From: a virus
Taxonomy: Duplodnaviria > Caudoviricetes
Reading direction: 5' to 3' (one strand)
Length of the DNA: 48,161 nucleotides
IMG/VR virus record: IMGVR_UViG_3300009095_000021
Coordinates: 1-48,161 of that record
In this document: positions 1 through 7,007 of the stretch, piece after piece
Layout: the number at the start of each line of letters is the position of its first letter
Position numbering within the stretch: the first letter of the stretch is position 1
The notes under the pieces: model-generated
The model's database searches: none
Told to the model about the DNA's origin: nothing
The model's input: the letters and a program-made list of their open reading frames with translations, nothing else
Program-made: the position numbers and the translations under genes

Positions 1-123
1 TGAGCTGGCCCCGGCCAAGGTGCTGACCGGGTCGGTGTTGCAGTCACACGGCTTAACGTGCGCGTCGTAGCGGCTGTTAATGCCCGAGGCCAGCAGCGAC
101 CCCCCGGCAGAGTACAGCGCGCA
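1..123. repeat. Terminal overlap, exact copy of 48039-48161 (circular assembly overlap)
   Basis: Bases 1-123 match the last 123 bases exactly, and an ORF reads through the junction. Confidence 0.95.
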
Positions 124-210
124 TGTCACGACCGCCCGAGGGCAGAACCCAGGCTGATTAGCGCGGGCGCGCACCTCAGCCATTGCCTGTTCCAGCGACC
201 AAGCGCCCAT
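1..210 (-). CDS. dCMP/cytidine deaminase family protein, 5' part (continues across the junction to 47808; about 146 aa)
   Basis: Manual translation from ATG at 210: MGAWSLEQAMAEVRARANQPGFCPRAVVTCALYSAGGSLLASGINS..., in frame with the 47808..48056 ORF carrying HAE and PCxxC. Confidence 0.85.
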   Translation of the reverse strand, partial: MGAWSLEQAMAEVRARANQPGFCPRAVVTCALYSAGGSLLASGINSRYDAHVKPCDCNTDPVSTLAGASS

Positions 211-211
211 G

Positions 212-994
212 TTACCACGCCCCTTCGTTGCGCAGGCAGCGAATTGCACCCAGCCAGCCGTTGGCCTCGCTGAACTGAGGGCCGTCATAGTTGGGGCCGG
301 CGTGCTCAGTGACATACGCCTTAAGGATGGCATCAGCCTTAGGCGCTTCGCCGTTGAAGATATGCCCGCTGACCGTGTGATGATAGTACGCCCCAACGGC
401 GACCTGCAGCAAGTCCGCTACCTTTTCCTGCAGTCGGGCAAAGACGTACACGTCCTGACAGACCGTGGTGGTGTAGTTGTTGGAGCGCATGCTAACCGTC
501 ATATCCAGCGCGCCGTTGCGAACGCGGAAGTTGAAGGCGTAGGTACACATGTATTCGCAGTTGGTCGTGCCGGCGTGCAGCGCGTCTGCAACATGACGGT
601 CATCCGTGCCCAACATCATGATGCAGGCGCGGCGGCTGTCGGGGTTGCGTTGCAGCTCGCGCACCACAAACGGCACCTGCTCCAGAATGCGCGGCCCGTA
701 GGCGGTGCAAAGGATGTCGTTAAACATGGTGCCGAAGTTGCCGGCGTTGGGGTTGAGCGCCTTCATTTCTTCAGACACCGCTACTTTGCCTGACAAAATC
801 CAGTCGGCCATCAAGCGGCTGAACTCATGGCGAAACGCCCGCACTGGGTTGGTGACGGCGCGCTCATCGATATGGAAAAACGGCTGCAGTTTAAACGTGT
901 GGTTGATCAACTCCATATCAGCAGCAAGGCGCGCGTTGATCAGGTTTGCGTGGTACACGTCTTCCCATGCTGCACTAAGGGCTTGTACACTCAT
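212..994 (-). CDS. Divergent thymidylate synthase / dCMP hydroxymethylase superfamily protein
   Basis: AYGPRI, PDSRRA, catalytic YMCT, MRSNN...D and SGHIF motifs of the TS fold; Asp at the dUMP/dCMP specificity position. Confidence 0.85.
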   Translation of the reverse strand: MSVQALSAAWEDVYHANLINARLAADMELINHTFKLQPFFHIDERAVTNPVRAFRHEFSRLMADWILSGKVAVSEEMKALNPNAGNFGTMFNDILCTAYGPRILEQVPFVVRELQRNPDSRRACIMMLGTDDRHVADALHAGTTNCEYMCTYAFNFRVRNGALDMTVSMRSNNYTTTVCQDVYVFARLQEKVADLLQVAVGAYYHHTVSGHIFNGEAPKADAILKAYVTEHAGPNYDGPQFSEANGWLGAIRCLRNEGAW

Positions 995-1938
995 TGCGCG
1001 GCCTCCTTTGTGAACGCTATGGCGTAGTGGCTAAAAGCCTCAATGTAGCCGCTGGGCTTGAACGGCACCGCTTGAACCTCAAACGCCACCACCTCTTTTT
1101 CCAACGTGTGGCCGGCTTCGGTCATGGCCGCTAAGCGCCATTCCAGGCGCAGGCCGGGAAACTGCTCTGCCACGATAAGAACGCCACCCACCTTCAGCAT
1201 GCGGTAGGCGTCTGCAATCATGCGGGCGCGGTCTTCGGCACCTTTGCAGTGCAGAATTTCGCTCATGATGACCATATCGAACAGGTTGTCCAGGTCTTCG
1301 GTCGGGTTGTTTTCGGTGCCCAGCGCATCACCCTCGCGCACCGTGATGCCCCAGGCGTCGGCAAGCTCGCGCGGGTTGCCCGGCGCTTTGTCAATGAGCC
1401 AGCCAATGGTGTTGGGGTTCAGTTCGCAGCAGCGTTTAACAAACGCGCCGTTGCCGCCGCAGTAGTCCAACACCAGCGGGTCAGCAACATGCTTAACCTG
1501 CAACGCCGCCCAGTTCAGCAGTTCAGGCAGGTAGGCGTTGGAGTAGTTTTCCAGGCCGTTGCGCAGCTGGGCGTACATGGCGGGGTCGGTAGCGTTGCCG
1601 TTGAGCTGGTGCCCAATCATGGCAAGCTCATACTCCAGCAGCGCGGCGCACTCTGCCACGTTGACACCCTGCTTAGTGAGCTGAACGCCTTTTTGGTCGG
1701 GCGTTGCTACTAGCAGACCCATGCGCGCCCAGGCGGCGGCAACAGCGTCAACAGCACCGGGCGTTGCAGTTTCCCAAACCTTGTCACGGCTGCCCTTGGC
1801 CAGTGCCACCAACGTCCAAAGCGCTTCCAGCATGCCGTACAGCGATGGGCCGTGCTCGCTTACAGGATAGCGAAACTCCATGCCGGTCTTGAAAATACTC
1901 TGCGCCTGTTGAAGGGCAGCGGGTTTTGTCGGTTGCAT
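991..1938 (-). CDS. Class I SAM-dependent methyltransferase (O-methyltransferase-like, N-terminal helical domain)
   Basis: VLDYCGGNG (motif I), WLIDK, EGDAL, FDMVIMSEILH, AYRMLKVGGVLIVAE; no DNA-MTase PC or NPPY/DPPY motif. Confidence 0.85.
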   Translation of the reverse strand: MQPTKPAALQQAQSIFKTGMEFRYPVSEHGPSLYGMLEALWTLVALAKGSRDKVWETATPGAVDAVAAAWARMGLLVATPDQKGVQLTKQGVNVAECAALLEYELAMIGHQLNGNATDPAMYAQLRNGLENYSNAYLPELLNWAALQVKHVADPLVLDYCGGNGAFVKRCCELNPNTIGWLIDKAPGNPRELADAWGITVREGDALGTENNPTEDLDNLFDMVIMSEILHCKGAEDRARMIADAYRMLKVGGVLIVAEQFPGLRLEWRLAAMTEAGHTLEKEVVAFEVQAVPFKPSGYIEAFSHYAIAFTKEAAQ

Positions 1939-1940
1939 GA

Positions 1941-3248
1941 TTACACCTTTGCTTTCAAGTGAGGGAGGACAAATTGACTGATATACAGGTCAATGTCAAG
2001 GGTGCTGGAGTGGTGCATGTCGTACACTTCAACCACGCCTTGCGGCATGAGCACCGGCTCTGCGCCCTGGAACAGCGCTACAAAGTTTTCATACACAGCG
2101 CTGGCGTTTTCCAGGTCAGGGCCGTGCAGCTCTTTGCGCGTTTGACACATGCGCGTGTAGTTTTCCAGCCATGCCGCGTTATCACTCGGCAGGGCAAAGA
2201 GGTTCAACGCCGCTGCGCCTTCGGTCATCGTCTTCCAGTGGATGACCTGTTCCATATCGTACTCGCCAGCACGGTACACGTTGGAGTACACAGGGTGCGA
2301 CATCCAAGGGCGCTCCAGCACCACAACGCAATGCTCAGCCAGCGCCTGGGCGTAGGCAATGGCGTGGGCGCGGTAGTTGTGCATAACGCGCGCCAGCTGA
2401 GGCGACCAAGTCAGGTGGATGTACTGGCCACCCGTGACTTCAACGATACGCTTGGCCAAGGTGGTCTTGCCGCTTGCGTCGGGGCCGTCAATGGTGATCA
2501 GGCCGCAAATGCTGGCCGTATCGATGTAGACTTCTTCGCCATGAATGAACATGGGCACGCTACCCTCAGGCACATGCGGCTTGTACGGGCCTTTGCCCAC
2601 AAGGTCGCCCAGGTACGGCGGCAGCCAGTCGTCAGGCTTGGTAATTTCCATCATGTGCTCAACGTCGTGGCCTTGCTCTTTAAGCAGGGCGCGGCGGCGT
2701 TGTTTGGCCGGGTCAACGTTTTTGGCCATGTTGGCAGCATGCACGCGGCGGACGGCTTCGTCAATGTCAAAGCCATGCAGCAGCGCAGTAGCGGTGAAGG
2801 CATGCAGGGCCAGGGCCAGGGCGCGGTACTGCAAGTCCAGGTCGCCGGTTGCTGCAACCGTTTCAAAGCGCGTTACAGCGCTGCTGTGCAGCTGCAGACG
2901 CAGGGCGCGTTCGGCAGGTGATAGCATGCGCGGCGGGCCGTCATACAATACCTGTTCGCCAACGATGTTAAGCTTTTCAAAGTGCAGGCCCATGCGGTGG
3001 GCGGTGCCAGCCAAGAAAATCAGTTCGTCGGCCAGTCCGTCCAACATGTCTTCCAGGTCGGTAGCGTCGGCGTATTCCTTGGCTTCTTCGCGATGGCATT
3101 CCAGGCGAAACGCCAGTTCTGCCGAGGTCAGGTTGCGCTTTGGGCCGTCATAGGCCAAGCCAAACTTGGTATGGAACTGTTCGAGCATCTGATGAATGCT
3201 CATGGCTTCAAACGGTGACGTGTCGTACACCAAATACGTGGCTTTCAT
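1941..3248 (-). CDS. MazG-like all-alpha NTP pyrophosphatase fused to dNMP (thymidylate-like) kinase
   Basis: N-terminal EEAKEY...DGLADEL...VHAANMAK...KPDDW; C-terminal ITIDGPDASGKTT P-loop and LERPW. Confidence 0.8.
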   Translation of the reverse strand: MKATYLVYDTSPFEAMSIHQMLEQFHTKFGLAYDGPKRNLTSAELAFRLECHREEAKEYADATDLEDMLDGLADELIFLAGTAHRMGLHFEKLNIVGEQVLYDGPPRMLSPAERALRLQLHSSAVTRFETVAATGDLDLQYRALALALHAFTATALLHGFDIDEAVRRVHAANMAKNVDPAKQRRRALLKEQGHDVEHMMEITKPDDWLPPYLGDLVGKGPYKPHVPEGSVPMFIHGEEVYIDTASICGLITIDGPDASGKTTLAKRIVEVTGGQYIHLTWSPQLARVMHNYRAHAIAYAQALAEHCVVVLERPWMSHPVYSNVYRAGEYDMEQVIHWKTMTEGAAALNLFALPSDNAAWLENYTRMCQTRKELHGPDLENASAVYENFVALFQGAEPVLMPQGVVEVYDMHHSSTLDIDLYISQFVLPHLKAKV

Positions 3249-3257
3249 AAAAGTCCC

Positions 3258-3527
3258 TTATGGGTGGTGGGTGGTGGTGGCAGTACAGCTTAGCACATCG
3301 ACTAGCAGGTTGCTAGCTTTCATGACCACGCGGCCGGTTTCCAAGTTTACAAGCATGCACTTGCCGGCGACCGGCTGCACGTTGGCTTCGATACTGGTTA
3401 CACGGGGTACAAGATAGTAGGCAATGCGGCCGGTGGGGCCAGCCAGCGCCACGGTGCGGCCGGGTTTAACGATGGCCAGCGGTACGGGCGGGGCGGTGTT
3501 TTCATTCTTAGGAGGGATAACCAACAT
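3258..3527 (-). CDS. Hypothetical protein
   Basis: 89 aa ORF co-oriented with, and directly upstream of, the nucleotide operon. Confidence 0.6.
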   Translation of the reverse strand: MLVIPPKNENTAPPVPLAIVKPGRTVALAGPTGRIAYYLVPRVTSIEANVQPVAGKCMLVNLETGRVVMKASNLLVDVLSCTATTTHHP

Positions 3528-3758
3528 GATAAAGCCCCAGGTAGTTACAGCAGGTTCCAGCTTTTGCTAATGCGGCGGGTGCAATCGTATTCGTTGTGGA
3601 GCCGCGACACCAGTTCAGCCACTTTGATACGCCAGTGATTTGGGAGGCAGGTTGTTACCGCCGTGCGACCATTTGACACTACCTCCACACGGGCAAGGAG
3701 GGTGTCAAAGGCCACTGAGGCAACGGCGCTATGACCGTTGACCTCAGTAGCGATGCAC

Positions 3759-4790
3759 TTAGAGCGCAAGCTTGTCGGCTGGAGCTTTGGCTGACTTGGT
3801 CGCAGGCTTCTTAGCCGGTGCTTTGGCAGCGGGCTTTGCAGCAGCTTTGGCACCGGGCTTTGCAGCGGCCTTGGCGGCAGGCTTCGGCAGCGGCTTTGCA
3901 GCAGCTTTAGCAGCGGGCTTGGCCGGGGCTTTGACTGGAGCAGCAGCGGCCTTTTCAGCGTGCTCTTTCCAGTATTCGCCATGCGGGCCTTTCTTGGCCA
4001 GGGCCAGGTTGGCCAGTGCCCATTCGCGGTGCTCAGTGGAGCCGACCGCAGCAAATTTTGCTTCGATCTTTTCTTCCACGAACAGTTCGCGGCGGTACTT
4101 GGTGCAGTGCTTCTTGTCAGCGGCGGACTCCGGGAAGTCCTTGTGGACAGCGGCCAACACTTCAGCGTCGGTTTTGCCCTTGATGATCAGCGCGCGGATC
4201 AGGTCTTTTGCGGTTTTGCGTTCGGCGGTCTTGGCCATGATAGTGATTCCTGTTTCGTTGATTAGGGTCAGCAAAGCTGCTATTGGTAGCGACAAATGGT
4301 CGCCGCGTTTCATACCGTTACCAAGGTCGCCAGCCAGTCGAATGACAACCATGGGGCCGAGTTTAGAGGTGTCAGTGGAAGTTGTCAAGGCATCAGTGCC
4401 CGCAACGTGTTCGTCAGCCGGCAGACTGTCGGCCAGTGCTTGCGCGTTTAGTTGCGAGCACAGCAGAGCAGCGGCCTTTTCAGACTTTTTGGAGCCGGCC
4501 AGCTCGCCACCTGCGCGGCTGACAATGGCGTACTCCGACTTGATCTTTTCGATGTAAAACGGTTCGCCCTTGCAGCGAGTGCAGGCACCGCCCTCAATAG
4601 GCAGCGGTGGAAGGTGGCTATCACCCCAGACCTTAACCCCGTTCGGCAGCTTGGGGGTGCTTACACGGTCAGTGCAGAGCGCGCCGTTGCAATAACCACA
4701 AGTGGCCAGTTCAAAAAGGGTTTGGGTCGGTGCGTGAAAATGGCTTTGCGGCGTGGCTTTCCAGTCGTTGACGTATTCAATGGTGCTCAT
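3759..4790 (-). CDS. Cys-rich (CxxC x2) protein with C-terminal histone H1/AlgP-like KPAA repeats; probable internal start at 4238
   Basis: GGAG RBS before ATG 4790; AGGA RBS before in-frame ATG 4238; C-terminus KPAAKAAAKP repeats. Confidence 0.7.
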   Translation of the reverse strand: MSTIEYVNDWKATPQSHFHAPTQTLFELATCGYCNGALCTDRVSTPKLPNGVKVWGDSHLPPLPIEGGACTRCKGEPFYIEKIKSEYAIVSRAGGELAGSKKSEKAAALLCSQLNAQALADSLPADEHVAGTDALTTSTDTSKLGPMVVIRLAGDLGNGMKRGDHLSLPIAALLTLINETGITIMAKTAERKTAKDLIRALIIKGKTDAEVLAAVHKDFPESAADKKHCTKYRRELFVEEKIEAKFAAVGSTEHREWALANLALAKKGPHGEYWKEHAEKAAAAPVKAPAKPAAKAAAKPLPKPAAKAAAKPGAKAAAKPAAKAPAKKPATKSAKAPADKLAL

Positions 4791-4836
4791 GACGGGGTTT
4801 CTCCAGTTGAGTGTAGACCAGTGCGGCCTGACACGC

Positions 4837-4865
4837 AATGTAAACGACCCGTGGCAACGTGTCCA
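4837..4865 (-). promoter_or_regulatory. Sigma70-like promoter TGGACA-N17-TACATT
   Basis: Consensus-like hexamers with 17 bp spacer, upstream of the CTCAACTGGAG RBS of the 4790 gene. Confidence 0.65.
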
Positions 4866-4917
4866 CCCCCGCGAATAGACCGAATCGCTATTAAACACGA
4901 CTGTGTAATTCGCTTAT

Positions 4918-5071
4918 GGAATTTGCAGCGGTTTCTCTTACACGGCGTTTAACAGACCTTGACCAAAATCCTTTGGCGTCTTCTCTTAAACGGCGTGTAA
5001 GAAACCTTGCCGCAAATCCTTTGGCGTCTTCTCTTAAACGGCGTGTAAGAAACCTTGCCGCAAATCCTTTG
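4918..5071. repeat. 48-bp tandem repeat (2 perfect copies, 1 degenerate) containing an imperfect palindrome
   Basis: Unit AAATCCTTTGGCGTCTTCTCTTAAACGGCGTGTAAGAAACCTTGCCGC at 4966 and 5014, partial at 5062. Confidence 0.9.
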
Positions 5072-6505
5072 TCAACTTTTCTTAGACGCCCGGTAACGCT
5101 GCACCGCTCTTTTAAAGTCCTGCTGTGCTGCGTCTTTTGTTGCAACGCGGGCGGCCATGACTTCGTCCACCGTGCCCTCGGCTACTATCTGATGCACCCT
5201 GACACAACGGCCCTTAAAGCCTTGCCTGTATATGCGCTTAATGTACTGCAGCCATGCCTCCAAATCCCATGTGCCAGCAAACCATACGATGTCAGCGCCC
5301 GGCCCTTCTTGCAAGTTAAGCCCGTGCGATATGGAACCGGGGTGGCCCAGCAAAAAGCGCAGTTGGCCTTTGTTCCACGCCGCTTCCAGCCGCGCACCTT
5401 CAGCAGGTGTTACACCTGATCCTATGTGCGGCACATTCTTAACGCCGAACTCTTTTTGCAGCGCGGCTCTTATGCGCACAAGGTCATGGTGAAAGTCATA
5501 CGCGATTAAGAGCGGCTTACCCTGCAGCTCATCAGCAAGGTCTATTAGCGCTTCAAGCTTGGCGTCGTGCAGCGCGTACCACGGCCGGCGCGCCTGGGGC
5601 AGCGGCTTCTGGCCCTCTTCTGTTGCGTGGTACAACGCGCCGTTGGCAATCTGCCTGCACGCCATTGTTGCAACAGCTGAGTTTTTCAGCTCCACCGCGT
5701 CTTCATCGATTTCAGTGAACAGGTCGTTTTCGGCTTCGGTGTAATGCTGCATGGCCTTGGCAGGCAGTTGCACCGTTATCGTATGAAAGGTCAGTGCTGG
5801 CATGTCCAGGTAGTCTTCGGCTTCCATAACAAGGCACATATCAGACGCGCGGCGATATATGTTGTCCCGTTGCTTGTCGCCCGCTATTTCCCATTTCTTG
5901 CCCATGTAGCCCGCTTTCCTGAAGTATTGGTTGCGGAAATGGGTGATCTTTGCGCCGAACTTCTGGCCCTTGTCAACGATTAAGAACTGTGACCACAAGT
6001 CCATCAGGCTGTTAGGGGCGGGGGTGCCGTTGAACACAAAGCGGTGGGTGAACTTAGCCAGCCTGGGCTTTAACAACCGCAACCGCCGACCGGCCGGGTT
6101 CTTAAACTTGCCCGACTCATCGACGATTAGCATATCAAACGGCCAGTTACGCTTGCCCTTGAGCGCGATGGTGAACAGCCATTTGAGACCCTCGGGGTTG
6201 ATTATGTACATGTCAGCTGGCTGGCTCAGCTCATATTCTTTGTTGGCCCCGTGCAGGATACGCGCCTTCATGCCACGGGCGAACCCCCATTTACGCAGCT
6301 CTTTGGGCCAGACCGTGTAACAAGGGCGCAGCGGTGCAACAACCAACGCGGCCTTGACCCGGCCCATGCGCTGCAAGGACTTCAGTATGCGCAACCCGAT
6401 TACCGTTTTACCAAGGCCGGGGTCTAGGAACAGGGCTAAGTTACCGCGTTTAACACCTGCCGCAATGGCGTTCAGCTGGTACATGTGCGGCACAAACAGC
6501 GTCAT
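5072..6505 (-). CDS. SNF2-family (SF2) helicase
   Basis: DPGLGKT Walker A, IVDES, GTPAPN, HGLNLQ and RIYRQG motifs. Confidence 0.92.
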   Translation of the reverse strand: MTLFVPHMYQLNAIAAGVKRGNLALFLDPGLGKTVIGLRILKSLQRMGRVKAALVVAPLRPCYTVWPKELRKWGFARGMKARILHGANKEYELSQPADMYIINPEGLKWLFTIALKGKRNWPFDMLIVDESGKFKNPAGRRLRLLKPRLAKFTHRFVFNGTPAPNSLMDLWSQFLIVDKGQKFGAKITHFRNQYFRKAGYMGKKWEIAGDKQRDNIYRRASDMCLVMEAEDYLDMPALTFHTITVQLPAKAMQHYTEAENDLFTEIDEDAVELKNSAVATMACRQIANGALYHATEEGQKPLPQARRPWYALHDAKLEALIDLADELQGKPLLIAYDFHHDLVRIRAALQKEFGVKNVPHIGSGVTPAEGARLEAAWNKGQLRFLLGHPGSISHGLNLQEGPGADIVWFAGTWDLEAWLQYIKRIYRQGFKGRCVRVHQIVAEGTVDEVMAARVATKDAAQQDFKRAVQRYRASKKS

Positions 6506-6810
6506 AGAATAAGCGCCTGTTGTTGAACTTCGGTTTCCAGTATCTCCAGCGCTTGAGCCAGGGTATCACACACGTACACGTTGTAGCCGCGCTTGCGCAT
6601 TTCCTTGTGCCGGTGCAGCTGGCCGGGGCGGGGCGTTTGGCCTTCGCGCTTGAACTCAATGAAGAAACTGTACCCATTGCCAAGAAACACTTGGCGGTCG
6701 GGCCAGTTGCGCCAGCCCGGTATCTCCATTTTCAGTGCCCAGTAGCCGCGCAGAGCACAGCGCTCAACAAAGGCGTCCTCCGCCACACGCTCAACAGGTG
6801 GTTTGCTCAT
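6502..6810 (-). CDS. VRR-NUC domain nuclease
   Basis: E...WPDR...FIEFKREG...Q, a PD-(D/E)xK pattern, in the usual position between polymerase and SNF2 helicase. Confidence 0.88.
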   Translation of the reverse strand: MSKPPVERVAEDAFVERCALRGYWALKMEIPGWRNWPDRQVFLGNGYSFFIEFKREGQTPRPGQLHRHKEMRKRGYNVYVCDTLAQALEILETEVQQQALIL

Positions 6811-7007
6811 GCAGGACGCCTCCAGTTAAACCGCTTGAGCGCCGCGTTCATGCGTCGGGCCAGCTTAATCTCTGCTTTGACTTCTGGCAGTAGGTAACGC
6901 ACACAACCCGCGTTAAAGCGCATACCAACAAGGCGCGCTGGCACCCACCAGCCTTTACACATTCGCATACGTGGCTTGTTCATTTCCTGTACCTCGGGCC
7001 TTCCCAA
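6807..7007 (-). CDS. Small hypothetical protein (likely start ATG 6983)
   Basis: Fills the gap between polymerase and VRR-NUC with overlapping start/stop codons. Confidence 0.5.
   Translation of the reverse strand: MGRPEVQEMNKPRMRMCKGWWVPARLVGMRFNAGCVRYLLPEVKAEIKLARRMNAALKRFNWRRPA

Noticed and set aside
212-994. Ordinary thyA
   Set aside because: Asp at the specificity position and loss of conserved folate-chemistry residues argue against a canonical dTMP synthase
991-1938. DNA methyltransferase (anti-restriction)
   Set aside because: Lacks the C5 PC motif and the amino-MTase (D/N/S)PP(Y/F) motif; motifs fit small-molecule class I MTases
4918-5071. CRISPR-like array
   Set aside because: Units are contiguous and identical, with no unique spacers
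4891-5145. 84-aa ORF with a repeated KGFAARFLTRRLREDA peptide
   Set aside because: It is the translation of the 48-bp repeat, overlaps the helicase end and has no clear RBS
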